Shown: positions 50,788 to 61,939 of the stretch, piece after piece | Layout of the letters: every line of letters begins with the position of its first letter | Numbering within the stretch: position 1 is the stretch's first letter | NCBI GenBank assembly: GCA_963840455.1 | Contig: CAWIYV010000011.1 | Span: forward strand, 512,001-576,000 | Length of the DNA: 64,000 nucleotides | Reading direction: 5' to 3' | From: Nitrospirota bacterium | GTDB lineage: Bacteria; Nitrospirota; UBA9217 | Notes under the pieces: model-generated | Databases searched by the model: none | Seen by the model: only the letters and a program-made list of their open reading frames with translations | Told to the model about the DNA's origin: nothing | Made by a program: the position numbers and the translations under genes

Positions 50788-51813
50788 ATGTTCATCAATT
50801 CCATCATGGGCTGGTTCTCCAACGACATGGCCATCGACCTCGGCACGGCTAACACGCTCGTCTACGTCAAGGGCAGGGGCATCGTCTGCAACGAGCCTTC
50901 GGTCGTCGCCAAGTCCGTCAAATCGGGCAAGGTCCTTGCCGTAGGAGCCGAGGCAAAGAAGATGCTTGGCAGGACACCCGGCGATGTCCAGACGATCCGG
51001 CCCATCAAGGACGGCGTCATCTCCGACTTCGATGTGACCGGCGAGATGCTCCGGTATTTCATCCAGCGGGTGCATAACCGCAAGTCCTTCATGCGGCCCC
51101 GCATCGTCATCGGCGTCCCCTCGGGGATCACCCAGGTGGAGCAGCGCGCCGTGAAGGACGCCGCCATCTCGTCGGGCGGCCGCGAAGTCTACCTCATCGA
51201 GGAGCCGGTGGCGGCGGCCATCGGCACCGGACTCCCTATCTCCGAGCCCTCGGGCAACATGATCGTCGACATTGGCGGCGGCACCACGGACATCGCCGTT
51301 ATTTCCATGGACGGCGTCGTGTACAGCAAGGCCATCCGCGTAGGCGGGGACAAGATGGACGAGGCCATCATCAACTACATCAAGCGCAAGTACAACCTCC
51401 TCATCGGCGAGATGATGGCCGAGACGATCAAGATGGAGCTCGGCTCCGCGTACAAGATCGACAGCACGCGCCAGACCATGGAGATCAAGGGGCGCGACCT
51501 CGTGTCTGGGATCCCCAAGACTCTGATCCTCGATGACGACGAAGTGCGCGAGTCCCTTGCCGAGCCCGTGAGCCAGATCCTGAACGGCATCAAGCTGGCG
51601 CTCGAGAACACACCGCCGGAGCTCTCGGCGGACATTGTGGACAAAGGCATCGTGCTTGCCGGCGGTGGCGCGCTCCTCAAGGGACTCGACGTCTTCCTGC
51701 GCGAGGAGACCTCGCTCCCGATCATCATCGCCGAGGACCCCCTCACCTGCGTCGCCCTCGGCGCGGGCAAGGTGCTGGACGACCTCGACGTCCTCAGAAA
51801 AGTCATGATGTAG
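50788..51813 (+). CDS. mreB: Rod shape-determining protein MreB
   Basis: [32 protein letters not shown]. Confidence 0.98.
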   Translation: MFINSIMGWFSNDMAIDLGTANTLVYVKGRGIVCNEPSVVAKSVKSGKVLAVGAEAKKMLGRTPGDVQTIRPIKDGVISDFDVTGEMLRYFIQRVHNRKSFMRPRIVIGVPSGITQVEQRAVKDAAISSGGREVYLIEEPVAAAIGTGLPISEPSGNMIVDIGGGTTDIAVISMDGVVYSKAIRVGGDKMDEAIINYIKRKYNLLIGEMMAETIKMELGSAYKIDSTRQTMEIKGRDLVSGIPKTLILDDDEVRESLAEPVSQILNGIKLALENTPPELSADIVDKGIVLAGGGALLKGLDVFLREETSLPIIIAEDPLTCVALGAGKVLDDLDVLRKVMM

Positions 51814-51830
51814 ATCGAAACGGCGTCAGC

Positions 51831-52637
51831 ATGCCCGGTTTCTTCGACAAGAACAAAAAATACATCGCCATCCTGGCACTGTTCCTCCTCCTCTTCTGGC
51901 TGGTCACCATCCAGGTGAAGGCCGGGCGGTTCATGGTGCTGGAAACGCCGGTCCTGGCCGTTTCGGGGTTCTTCGAGCGTATCATCACCGGTACTTACAA
52001 CGGCATTGCCGGCCTCGGCAGGGGCTACGTGTTCCTGGTCCGCGCGGAGCGGGAGAACCGGCGCCTCGCCAAGGAGCTTGGCAATCTCCGGCTGGAGAAC
52101 CAGATCACGAACGAACTGCTTTCGGAGAACGAGCGTCTCCGCGAGGCCCTGGGTTTCAGGAAGCTCAATCCGCCCGCGTCGGTCACGGCGCAGGTCATCG
52201 GCAGGGACTCCTCGCCCTCATCGAGCACGGTCACGGTGAACAAGGGCTCCCTCGCCGGCATCGACCGGGACCTCGCGGTCATCACGCCCGACGGCGTTGT
52301 GGGCAGGGTCCAGGCGGTCCTGCCCGGCACCGCGCGCGTGCAGCTCCTGACCGATCCGGGCATCACCATCGCCGTGCGGGTGCAGCGGAACCGGGAAGAG
52401 GGCCTGCTCGAGGGCAAGCTCGACCGGTGCGCTCTCAAGTATGTTTCTTTCTACGTCGATGTCCAGGAGGGAGATCTCCTGGTAACCTCGGGCCTCGACG
52501 GCATCTACCCCAAGGGACTGCCGGTGGCCAGGGTGTCCACGGTGCGGAAGCACGAGGCCAGTTCGTTCCAGACCGTCTATGCCAATCCCGTCGTAAGGAT
52601 CTCCCGCCTCGAAGAGGTGCTGGTGTTCAAAAAATGA
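51831..52637 (+). CDS. mreC: Rod shape-determining protein MreC
   Basis: TM, coiled coil ENERLR, VTSGLDGIYPKGLPV. Confidence 0.95.
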   Translation: MPGFFDKNKKYIAILALFLLLFWLVTIQVKAGRFMVLETPVLAVSGFFERIITGTYNGIAGLGRGYVFLVRAERENRRLAKELGNLRLENQITNELLSENERLREALGFRKLNPPASVTAQVIGRDSSPSSSTVTVNKGSLAGIDRDLAVITPDGVVGRVQAVLPGTARVQLLTDPGITIAVRVQRNREEGLLEGKLDRCALKYVSFYVDVQEGDLLVTSGLDGIYPKGLPVARVSTVRKHEASSFQTVYANPVVRISRLEEVLVFKK

Positions 52638-53146
52638 AGCCCCGGATGTATTTCATCGTTCTCCTGCTGCTCCTCCCGCTCCAGGCAAGCCTGTTCGGCC
52701 CCCTCCCCCTTGGCAGCATCACACCTGACCTGGGACTTGCCGTCCTCTACTGCATCGGGCTGTTGACCGGCCCGGTGGAAGCGGCCCTTGCCGGCGTTGC
52801 AATCGGCCTTTTGCAGGACGTGGGCTCGGCAAGCCTCATCGGGTTCTCCGGTCTCACCCGAGGGGTCGTGGGGCTCTTCGCGGGATTCCTGGGGAAGCGT
52901 GTCCTTGACCTCCAGAGCTCGTCGAACATCTTTTTTCTCGTCGGCTTCTGCCTTGCCGAATCGCTCTTCTCCGCGCTGTTCCTGGAGATCACCTACGGAT
53001 CGGTCCCGCTCGTGGGCCTCTTCTTCGGCCACATGGTCCCCCGTGCGGTCACCACGGCCCTGGTCGGATACGCGTTCCTGCGGCTCATGACCGGCAAGAA
53101 CGTCCTTACATGGATGCTGCGGCGCGAGCTGCAGAAGGAGCTTTAG
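52634..53146 (+). CDS. mreD: Rod shape-determining protein MreD
   Basis: Hydrophobic, PDL and GLLQD motifs, between mreC and mrdA with ATGA overlap. Confidence 0.88.
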   Translation: MKPRMYFIVLLLLLPLQASLFGPLPLGSITPDLGLAVLYCIGLLTGPVEAALAGVAIGLLQDVGSASLIGFSGLTRGVVGLFAGFLGKRVLDLQSSSNIFFLVGFCLAESLFSALFLEITYGSVPLVGLFFGHMVPRAVTTALVGYAFLRLMTGKNVLTWMLRRELQKEL

Positions 53147-54955
53147 ATGCAGCAGGACAGCCCCATCGACATCCAGAAACGGCTGCCACTCCTCGCGGCC
53201 TTCATCGTCCTGTTCGCCGTCGTCCTTTTCTTCCGGCTGTGGTTCCTCCAGGTCGTGAAAGGAGCGACGTACCAGGAACTCGCTGAAAGCAACCGCATCC
53301 GTCCCATAAAGCTCCGGCCGCCGCGCGGCATCATCTACGACCGGAACGGCAGACCCATGGTGGAGAATGTCCTCACCTTCGATGTTTCCCTGGTGCCGGA
53401 GGATGCGGCTTCCCTCGAGGACTCCATCGCTCGGCTCGCGCCCATCGTCCGCATGAAGCCCGAGGCGATCCAGAAGGCGCTCGATGACGCTGAGGCCGTG
53501 CGCAACAAGTACGAACCGGTGAAGATCGTCGAGGAAGCGCCCTGGGAAGAGGTGGCGGCCGTGGAGGCACGGCAGGACGATCTTCCCGGCGTCATCGTTG
53601 AACCCGAACACCGCAGGTATTATCCATACGGCGGTATGGCATCGCACCAGTTCGGCTACATCGGCAAGGTGAGCCAGGTCCAGAAGAAGCAGGAGCAGGC
53701 GGACACCGGACTGCTCATTGGCCAGGGAGGGCTCGAGAAGGTCTACGACAGGCTCCTGCGGGGCACGGCCGGCAGGCGCATGATCCAGGTGAACGCCGCG
53801 GGCATGAAGGTGAAGGACCTGGGCATTGACGAGCCGAAGCCGGGAACCGACCTTTACCTCACCCTGGACCTCGATGTCCAGCGCGCGGCCGAAGAGGCGC
53901 TCGGTGACCGCGCCGGTGCCGTTGTGGCTATGGACCCGAACTCCGGCGAGGTCCTGGCGCTCGTGAGCCACCCCACCTATGATCCGAACCTTTTTCCGCG
54001 GGGCATTTCGCCCAAGGACTGGGTGAAGCTCTCGAACGATCCCTCGCACCCCCTTTACAACCGTGCGGTCCAGAGCGTATATCCGCCCGGCTCCACGTTC
54101 AAGGTCGTGGTTTCCCTTGCGGGACTCGATTCCGGCAAGATCGACCCCCATGACACGGTCACCTGCAACGGCTCCCTCCGCACGGGCCGCAAGGTCTTCC
54201 GGTGCTGGAAGAGGGGCGGCCACGGCGTCGTTGATTTTCACAAGGCGCTCGTGGAGTCCTGCGACGTCTATTTCTACACCATGGGCGACCGCATGGGCTT
54301 TGACCATGTCGCGCAGTACGCCAGAAAGCTGGGTCTGGGGAGCAAAACGGATATCGTCCTGGCGGATGAGAAGCCCGGCCTCGTCCCGACCGCCGCATGG
54401 AAGCGGGAAAAGGTCCATGAGCCCTGGTATCCCGCCGACAATTTCATGAATGCCATCGGCCAGGGATTCCTGCAGGTAAGCCCCATCCAGGCGGCCCAGT
54501 TGATCGGCGCCGTGGCGAACGGCGGCGTGTTCTACCAGCCCCTGCTGCTGAAACGGACAAGGAACCGGGAGACCGGCGCCGAGAAGGTCTTCGCGCCCAT
54601 AGAGAAGCGGCGGGAGGTCTTCGCGCCCGAGGCGCTCGAGGAGGTGCGAAGCGCGCTGCTCGGCGTCACATCCGAGGCGGGAGGCACCGCCCACGGTGCT
54701 GCGACGCCGCTCGCGCCGGTCGCCGGCAAGACCGGTACGGCACAGGTCATCGCCCAGAAGGTCCCGGGCACCAAGCTCACGGAATCAACGCAGGACCACG
54801 CCTGGTTCATAGGATATGCCCCCGCGAAGGACCCGAAGATCGCCGTGGCCGTCTTGGTGGAGCACGGGGGACACGGCGGAGCAGCGGCCGCACCGGTGGC
54901 GCGGAAGGTCATCGAGGAGTATTTACTACATGCTGGAACGAAGACTGCTCAGTAA
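53147..54955 (+). CDS. mrdA: Penicillin-binding protein 2
   Basis: RGIIYDRNG, PPGSTFK (SxxK), SCD, KTGT, DHAWF. Confidence 0.96.
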   Translation: MQQDSPIDIQKRLPLLAAFIVLFAVVLFFRLWFLQVVKGATYQELAESNRIRPIKLRPPRGIIYDRNGRPMVENVLTFDVSLVPEDAASLEDSIARLAPIVRMKPEAIQKALDDAEAVRNKYEPVKIVEEAPWEEVAAVEARQDDLPGVIVEPEHRRYYPYGGMASHQFGYIGKVSQVQKKQEQADTGLLIGQGGLEKVYDRLLRGTAGRRMIQVNAAGMKVKDLGIDEPKPGTDLYLTLDLDVQRAAEEALGDRAGAVVAMDPNSGEVLALVSHPTYDPNLFPRGISPKDWVKLSNDPSHPLYNRAVQSVYPPGSTFKVVVSLAGLDSGKIDPHDTVTCNGSLRTGRKVFRCWKRGGHGVVDFHKALVESCDVYFYTMGDRMGFDHVAQYARKLGLGSKTDIVLADEKPGLVPTAAWKREKVHEPWYPADNFMNAIGQGFLQVSPIQAAQLIGAVANGGVFYQPLLLKRTRNRETGAEKVFAPIEKRREVFAPEALEEVRSALLGVTSEAGGTAHGAATPLAPVAGKTGTAQVIAQKVPGTKLTESTQDHAWFIGYAPAKDPKIAVAVLVEHGGHGGAAAAPVARKVIEEYLLHAGTKTAQ

Positions 54956-56060
54956 CGTGCCCTGGGGCATGGTGGCCCTCATCATCGGTATCGCCATGAT
55001 GGGGCTCGCGGCGGTGTACAGCGCCACCTATACCGCGCACGGTCCTTCATCGCTTTTCACCAAGCAGATCATCTGGGTCTGCCTCGGCATCACGGTCATG
55101 TTCGCCGCGCTCATCCCGGACTACCACACCGTGGGCCGTTACGCCTACATCCTCTATGCGCTCTCCCTGATCTTCCTGCTCCTCGTGGCCTTCGTGGGCA
55201 AGACCGGCATGGGAGCCCAGCGCTGGCTCCCCATCGGCTCCTTTGCGTTCCAGCCCTCGGAGTTCGCAAAGCTGTCGCTTGTCCTCGCGCTGACCCGGTA
55301 TTTCGCCGAGGACCCGAAACAGGGCGGGTACGAGCTCAAGGACCTGCTCGTGCCAGGGGTCATGCTCCTCGTCCCGCTTGTGCTCGTCATGAAGCAGCCG
55401 GACCTCGGCACAGCCCTCATGCTTGTCTTCACCTCGTCGCTCATCGTCATCCTGGCCGGGATCCGGTTCAAGACCGTGATGACCATTGTCGTCCTTGGCG
55501 CGGTCGTGGCGTCGGCGGTATTCCTGGTCCCGCCCGTGCGCCACAAGATCTGGAAATCGCTCAAACCCTACCAGCAGAAGCGCATCACCGCCTTCATCGA
55601 CCCGTCCTCGGACCCCTTGGGGAGCGGCTATCACGCCACGCAGGCCAAGATCGCCGTTGGCTCGGGCCAGACCACGGGCAAGGGCTTCCGCAGGGGCACC
55701 CAGAGCCAGATGGCATTCCTGCCCGAGCGCCACACGGACTTCATCTTCGCGGTCATCGCCGAAGAACGGGGGTTCATCGGATCAAGCTTCCTCATCGTGC
55801 TGTACGTCATTCTGCTCCTGGTGGGAGTGGACGCTGCCAAGAGCGCCAAGGACAAGATGGGCACGCTCATGGCGGGCGGCATCGTGTCCATGCTCACGCT
55901 CTACGTCTTCATCAATATCGGCATGGCCGCGGGCATCCTTCCGGTCGTGGGCGTGCCGCTCCCCCTGGTAAGCTACGGCGGCACGTCCATCATCACCACC
56001 TTCCTCGCCATCGGATTGCTCTTGAACATCCGTTCGCGCCGGTTTATGCTGTTCTACTAA
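54930..56060 (+). CDS. rodA: SEDS protein RodA
   Basis: GAQRW, QPSEF, QPDLG, PERHTDFIF, VGVPLPLVSYGG. Confidence 0.96.
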   Translation: MLERRLLSNVPWGMVALIIGIAMMGLAAVYSATYTAHGPSSLFTKQIIWVCLGITVMFAALIPDYHTVGRYAYILYALSLIFLLLVAFVGKTGMGAQRWLPIGSFAFQPSEFAKLSLVLALTRYFAEDPKQGGYELKDLLVPGVMLLVPLVLVMKQPDLGTALMLVFTSSLIVILAGIRFKTVMTIVVLGAVVASAVFLVPPVRHKIWKSLKPYQQKRITAFIDPSSDPLGSGYHATQAKIAVGSGQTTGKGFRRGTQSQMAFLPERHTDFIFAVIAEERGFIGSSFLIVLYVILLLVGVDAAKSAKDKMGTLMAGGIVSMLTLYVFINIGMAAGILPVVGVPLPLVSYGGTSIITTFLAIGLLLNIRSRRFMLFY

Positions 56061-56138
56061 AACAGAGGATCAAGGGGCATGGGTCCAGGGTCACGGCACG
56101 GCACTTCATGACCCCTGACCCGCACTTGAGGTCTTTCC

Positions 56139-58630
56139 ATGTACGAAGATTTTCTCCCGCTCGTCAGCAAACCGGCCCGGTACATCGACTCCGAGGTCAA
56201 CGCAGTGCACAAGGACCCCGGGTCTATGCGGACGAAGGTCTGTCTCCTCTTCCCCGACACCTACGAGGTCGGCATGTCGCACCTCGGCCTGCGCATCCTG
56301 TACGATATCATCAACAAACGGCCGGACGCCGTCTGCGAGCGCGTGTTCTCGCCCTGGACCGATTACGAGGCGAAGCTCCGCGCGTCGGGCCGCCCCCTCC
56401 GGAGCCTGGAGTCGAACCTCCCGGTCAGGGAGTTCGACATCGTCGGCGTGACGCTCCAGTACGAACTCTCGTATTCCAATATCCTGACCGCCCTCGACCT
56501 ATCGCACATCCCTCGACGATCCATGGACCGGAACGACAGCCATCCGGTCATCGTGGCCGGCGGTCCGTGCAGTGTGAATCCCGAGCCGCTTGCGGATTTC
56601 ATCGACGTCTTCTTCATCGGCGAGGCCGAGGAGGCGGTGAATGAGCTCATCGAACTGAAACAGGAACACGGGGCACGTCAGCTATTCTTCGAGGCCCTGG
56701 CAAAACGGACAGGCTTTTATGTTCCCGTCGCTGGGAAAGACCGCTGTCCGCCGCCGGTTTCTCACGAGCATCGATGCCGCGCCCTATCCTGCAAAGCCCC
56801 TCGTGCCACTGATGAAGCCCATCCATGACCGGGTCACGGTCGAAGTGGCGCGCGGCTGCATCCGCGGCTGCCGCTTCTGCCAGGCAGGCATCATCTACCG
56901 GCCCTACCGCGAGCGGCGCCCGGAAACGGTGAAGGACCTCCTGCACGGGTCGCTCGCATGCACGGGGTACGAAGAGCTCTCCCTCGCCTCCCTGAGCACC
57001 GGCGACTACTCGGACATCGAACCGCTCATCACCGGACTGATGAAGACCTATAAGGACAGCCGCGTCTCGGTCTCGCTCCCCTCGCTCCGCGTCGGCACGC
57101 TCACGCCCGCCATGATCGAGGCCATTGCCGGGACCAGGAAGACCGGGTTCACTCTGGCGCCTGAGGCAGGGACCGAGCGGCTGCGCCGGGTGATCAACAA
57201 GCCCGTGACCGACATGGATCTCATGGACGCGGCAGAGACCATCTTCGCGAACGGCTGGAGCACGCTCAAGCTCTACTTCATGATCGGCCTGCCCACGGAG
57301 ACCGACGAGGACCTCGACGGCATCATCCGGCTGGCAAACGAGCTCTTTGCCAGGGGCAGGCGTTCTTCGAAGCGCCATGTACAGCTCAACGTCAGCGTCT
57401 CGACCTTCGTTCCCAAGCCACACACGCCCTTCCAGTGGCTGGGCCAGGCGCCCATCGAGGAGGTCCGCAGAAAACAGGCATACCTTGCCCAACGGCTCCG
57501 TAAACGCGGCATCGTGCTCAAGGTCCACGACCCCGAGACGAGCCAGCTTGAAAGCGCCTTTGCCCGTGGCGACGCGTCGCTCGGGAGGGTGATCGAGAAG
57601 GCCGTTGACCTCGGCTGCCGCTTCGACGGCTGGACGGAGTCCTTCGACTATCAGAAATGGACCGAGGCCTTTGCAGCATGCGGCATCGATCTCCGCAGCC
57701 TGTGCCGGCAGGACGTTCGATCTTTCGGAAGCGCTGCCCTGGGGCCACATCAAGAGCGGCGTGACCACGGAATTTCTCCGAAAGGAATACCGGCGCGCCA
57801 TGGAGGCAACGGTCACGGAGAACTGCCGGACCGAGTGCGAACATTGCGGCATAGGGTGCAAGGACGGCGGAACGCTCGGGCTCGGCAAGCCTGCTGCACC
57901 TGCCCGAGGAGAACGAGAGGCTGCTCCGCTGCCTGCGGAGAAGCTGTCCTCTGCCCCTCCGGAGATCACAACGCGCATCAGGATGAAGTTCTCTCGCCTC
58001 GGCCGCATCCGCTTTCTGTCCCATCTCGACTTCATGACCCTGTTCCACCGGACAACGGTCCGCGCAGGAGTGCCCGTCGCCTTCTCCCAGGGCTTCAACC
58101 CCCACCCGAAGATAGCATTCGGTCCTGCCCTGTCCGTGGGCATGGAGAGCGTGGCCGAGTTCCTCGATATGGAGACCGATCCATTCATTGACCTGATGCA
58201 GGTGACAAAGTCGTTAAACAGCGCCCTGCCCGATGGCGTCAGGGTCCTGGAGGCCCGGATCATTCCGAAGCAAGCAGGGTCGCTTTCCGGCAGCATCGGC
58301 AGATACCTCTACGAGGTCAACGTGCCTGCCGACCGGACAGCGGATGTTGAAGAGCGGATCATCGTATTCCTGGAGCGTGATGCAGTGATCGTGGAAAAGG
58401 ACGGCAAGCAGAAGGACATCAGGCCGGGGATCGAGGCGATCGCGGTCAAAGGACCTGCCCAGCTCGAGATAACGATCCAGGACTCGGAAATGGTCAAGCC
58501 CCGCATCCAGGATGTCATCGAGAAGCTTTTCGATATCGGCCACGATCAGGCCGTGCTGTTCAACATCAAGCGGACAGCCATGTTCGTGAAGGAGAACGGG
58601 ACCTGGCAGAGCCCGATGGATGCGACGTAA
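56139..58630 (+). CDS. B12-binding radical SAM protein (TIGR03960-like) fused to radical-SAM-linked domain (TIGR03936-like), split by two +1 frameshifts
   Basis: FPDTYEVGMSHLG (first frame), RGCIRGCRFCQAG (second frame), RFLSHLD..FSQGFNPHPK (third frame); span 2492 nt = 3n+2; usual position after rodA. Confidence 0.88.
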
Positions 58631-58980
58631 GAACCACCGAATAGCCACAGAGGCACGGAGAATGGCAAGTTCATTTTCACCGCCAGGGCGCACAGGTCGC
58701 GAAGAATAATCTTTAATTCTTTGTTTTAATACAGGAACAATTAATTGCCTTCCTTGGCGTACTTCGCGCCTTTGCGGTTCCAAGGTTTTAGTTCCGGCCT
58801 GTCCGGGTTCGGTCGATTATCCAAAGAGTATCGCAGTTATCCAGTCTTATACTCCTTTCTTCGTAACCACCTTGTCCTCTCTGTTTTTTCATTCCGCAAT
58901 CATTGCTCCACACTCCTCATTCACTAATCCGGTGCTATTTTTTCAGTAGAAAGAGATTCCGAAGAAAGGAGGCGAGCACT

Positions 58981-59231
58981 ATGAAGCGGCCCGTCAAGAA
59001 AAGCGGAACAAGCCGGAACGGGAAACACTGACCGAGGCCTACGAGGTGAGGGCGTTCAGGGATGAGTCAGAGGTGCCCAAGGTTATGGAAGCAGCCCTAC
59101 CCGAAGTCCCGCCTGCAGAGCCGGGTGCGCTGCAGGCCATTAAGAAGACGGCCAAGGGACATGGCGAGCAGACGGTCCTGCCTGATGACTGCCAGTTCGG
59201 CGACAATGACCTGTGCTATGTAGATGCGTAA
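58981..59231 (+). CDS. Small hypothetical protein, probably one ORF broken by a 1-nt deletion
   Basis: Strong RBS AAAGGAGG before ATG 58981; adding one A in AAGAAAAG (~59000) joins it to ORF 59046..59231 (83 aa). Confidence 0.4.
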
Positions 59232-59362
59232 GGCAGCGTGAGCTGTGATCGTTTAAGGCGGGGTTCGTTAGAAGGTGAAGGTGTGTCTATGGCATTATTA
59301 TTTCCCACTACAATATAGATCAAATAATCTTAACACCTATCTACTGACTACTTCATGAAATA

Positions 59363-59474
59363 TTGAAGCTCCCTAAGCTGCAGGGAATCTTCGATCCTCA
59401 AGATAGAACTATTTATTCTAATCGCTCGCTAACCCCGCAGCAAGCTACGGGGAATGCGCTCGCTCCTGGATTCA
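59363..59474. repeat. Inverted copy of the ~112-bp dispersed repeat
   Basis: TTGAAGCTCCC..GAATCTTCGATCCTCAAG..CCCCGCAGCAAGCTACGGGGAATGCGCTCGCTCCTGGATTCA is the reverse complement of the 49755 unit. Confidence 0.9.
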
Positions 59475-59536
59475 CCTGAGGGCGACTTTTATGCGTGTAA
59501 TCAACAGGAAGAAATCAACGTTATGATGTTGGTCTT

Positions 59537-60283
59537 TTACCGGTCGATTGTCCCACGTTCAAGTACCGTGGAGAAATGCGTGTCGACCGAGAGGTCGGAT
59601 TTCAGGACTTCCTTTCGCAAATTCCTGAAAGTCCTCTTCGGCCAGTCCTCAAGGAAAAAATTAACGAGCCATTTCGGAATCCACCCTTTTGGATCGCAAA
59701 GGAACGCGGCATCGATCCTGGTCGCCCTATCGTTATCGATAGAGCTCAGGATAAAGGTCATGTCGATCACTTCGCCACGGATATAGTCGGTACGCGGAGC
59801 AGAGGGATCGTCTGTTGACTGATAGTGAAAAACCATCTGTTTCTTGGGCAGATCGACGCTCATGGTAATTTTCGATACAAAATCACGCTCGTTCATGAAG
59901 AATGGCATTTCAATATGGTCATACTCAATGAAATTGTCCTTGTCTTCCCAACGGAGGAGTCTGGAGTCGACAAGGCCCTCTACCCATTCCCGCCGCCTGT
60001 CAGTATCAAAGATGACCGTCGCTACTAAGGGCAATGGTGCTTCGACATCGCCGATACCCCGAAACGCAATCAGTCCGCTGCCGCTTCCTTCTTTCCTAAA
60101 GATCTGAATTCCGTCGGTCGTATTGTCAACAGATTGCCATTCAGACGCATGGCTTAGATGCGCTAAGAGCACAAAAAGTACGATAGATAACCCTACCATC
60201 CGTCCAAAGCGACGACGAGAATCGCTCTGAGAGAATTCTCGAGGTACTCCCCATTTTAGATGATTATGGTCACACATTTTCAT
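59537..60283 (-). CDS. Exported START-domain (lipid-binding) protein
   Basis: Signal peptide, W..DGIQIF, PFFMNERDFV, DPKGWIPKWLVN; true start may be ~60199. Confidence 0.8.
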   Translation of the reverse strand: MKMCDHNHLKWGVPREFSQSDSRRRFGRMVGLSIVLFVLLAHLSHASEWQSVDNTTDGIQIFRKEGSGSGLIAFRGIGDVEAPLPLVATVIFDTDRRREWVEGLVDSRLLRWEDKDNFIEYDHIEMPFFMNERDFVSKITMSVDLPKKQMVFHYQSTDDPSAPRTDYIRGEVIDMTFILSSIDNDRATRIDAAFLCDPKGWIPKWLVNFFLEDWPKRTFRNLRKEVLKSDLSVDTHFSTVLERGTIDR

Positions 60284-60430
60284 GCATTATTGTCTTTTCT
60301 TGCTTTCGAATAAGTCGGGGGCTACCAAACTCGGCTTGTAACGTTATAATGCTCAATGGAGGAAAACTACAGCTGCTTCAGAAAGTAGTCTATGGTTTTC
60401 CATTCGAGCCGTCAACTGTCAATTATTCCA

Positions 60431-60958
60431 TCAGGGCTTCTTTTGTAACGCACCCCTTGCCCACTCGTCGATCCGCACTGCCCGATAGCGGAAAATATCC
60501 TCGAGCTGCCTCCTGACCGCGATTGCATGGACCACGTCGCCGAGAGGCCCGAAGGGCAATCGGTAGGAGACCGTGTCGCGCATGAGCGTGCCGCCGTCCG
60601 TTTCTTCGAACGTGTGGAGATGGCTCCAGGAACGGTATGGCCCGACAAGCTGCACGTCCGTGAACTGCTCGGGCGGCTTGTAGCCGATGATCCTGCTCTT
60701 CCAGGGCATGGGGATGCCGAACCATCGGATAGTATAGTCGAACTCGGCGTCCTCGTACATCTCGGTCTTCGAGTTTTTGTCCTTCATCACGAATCTGAGC
60801 CAGTGTGGTGTGATATCGAAGAGGTTCCGCGGGTCCTCGAAGAAGAGGAACGTTTCCCTCCGAGGTAAGGGCAGGACCTGCGACGCCGAGATCCGGTGGG
60901 TGGAACGGTCCGGACGGTCGAAATTGAGGGCGAACGTTGGTGGAAATATGTTTAGCAT
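60431..60958 (-). CDS. SRPBCC-family protein
   Basis: FFEDPRNLFDITP, FTDVQLVGPYRSWSHLHTF, RDTVSYRLPFGPLG. Confidence 0.88.
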   Translation of the reverse strand: MLNIFPPTFALNFDRPDRSTHRISASQVLPLPRRETFLFFEDPRNLFDITPHWLRFVMKDKNSKTEMYEDAEFDYTIRWFGIPMPWKSRIIGYKPPEQFTDVQLVGPYRSWSHLHTFEETDGGTLMRDTVSYRLPFGPLGDVVHAIAVRRQLEDIFRYRAVRIDEWARGALQKKP

Positions 60959-61032
60959 GGAGAAAATAGCCGCTGGTGATTGAGATCTCAAGCCGAACCC
61001 TTCATTACTAAATCTCTCATTACTCGATCGCG

Positions 61033-61701
61033 TTACTTGATCTTCTGGATATTCTCCGCCGAGTCGTTCTTCGGCGAGTTCACCCTGGTCGACACCTCAT
61101 ACAATTCCAGCTCTTTGTCCGGGTAGGGCTTGAGCATTTGCAGGAGCTTCTCTTTCTCATGAACACCCGGGGCCAGCCAGAGGCCTGTCTCATCCATGGG
61201 AAGGATGACCGGCATTCGGTCGTGGATGGGCTTCAAGGACTCATTCGCGTCAGTCGTGATGATGGTGCTGGTGCAGACCTGCTCGCCCTCGGGCGAGGTC
61301 CAGAGGTTGTACAGGCCGGCCATGCCGAAGGGCTTGCCGCTCTTCAGGTGCACATAGACGGGCTTCTTCTTCCCGCCCTCGTTCTTCCATTCATAGAACC
61401 CGTCGGCAACGACGAGGCACCGGTGCCTGCTGAAGGCCTGCTGGAAGCTCGGCTTCTCAGCAACGGTCTCCGACCGGGCGTTGATCATCTTGTAGCCATC
61501 GTTCAGCTCCTTGCACCAGGACGGCACGAACCCCCAGTGGCAGGTCACGAGCCGGTTCGTCCCGCCCTCGTTCACGACGATGGCGATGTCCTGGCCGGGC
61601 GCGATGTTGTAGCTCGCCGGAAAGGCGCTCACACCCCCGGTGAGACCGAAGATCTGGGCGATGATCTCAAAGGCACTATGCAGTTCGAACCGTCCGCACA
61701 T
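61033..61701 (-). CDS. SOS response-associated peptidase (SRAP/YedK/HMCES, abasic-site binding)
   Basis: N-terminal MCGRF, NARSET, GFYEW, HDRMP. Confidence 0.95.
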   Translation of the reverse strand: MCGRFELHSAFEIIAQIFGLTGGVSAFPASYNIAPGQDIAIVVNEGGTNRLVTCHWGFVPSWCKELNDGYKMINARSETVAEKPSFQQAFSRHRCLVVADGFYEWKNEGGKKKPVYVHLKSGKPFGMAGLYNLWTSPEGEQVCTSTIITTDANESLKPIHDRMPVILPMDETGLWLAPGVHEKEKLLQMLKPYPDKELELYEVSTRVNSPKNDSAENIQKIK

Positions 61702-61939
61702 GAAGGTACCTCAATGATACCGTCGCCATCAAAAACTCTCTCCATAGAGAACACAGAGTGCACAGAGAACGGCAAGTTTCTGTTCTGAGGGCAACTGCCT
61801 TGTTACCAAATTTTTTCACATCAACCAAAAGCTGCGCATCTGCGCGGACAAAGCTTCGTTGTTCCGCTTCTCACATCCGCGTCTTCTGTCCTTGTCTCTT
61901 GGCCCCTCGACTCTGTACCCTAGACCCTTGCCCCTCCTT

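Noticed and set aside
56139-59231. RiPP cluster (radical SAM + small Cys peptide)
   Set aside because: The enzyme is the housekeeping-context TIGR03960/03936 type next to mre/rodA, with no SPASM/RRE, transporter or protease, and the small ORF is ~350 bp away
61033-61701. Prophage or mutagenesis cassette implied by SRAP
   Set aside because: No phage, umuDC/imuABC or integrase genes nearby
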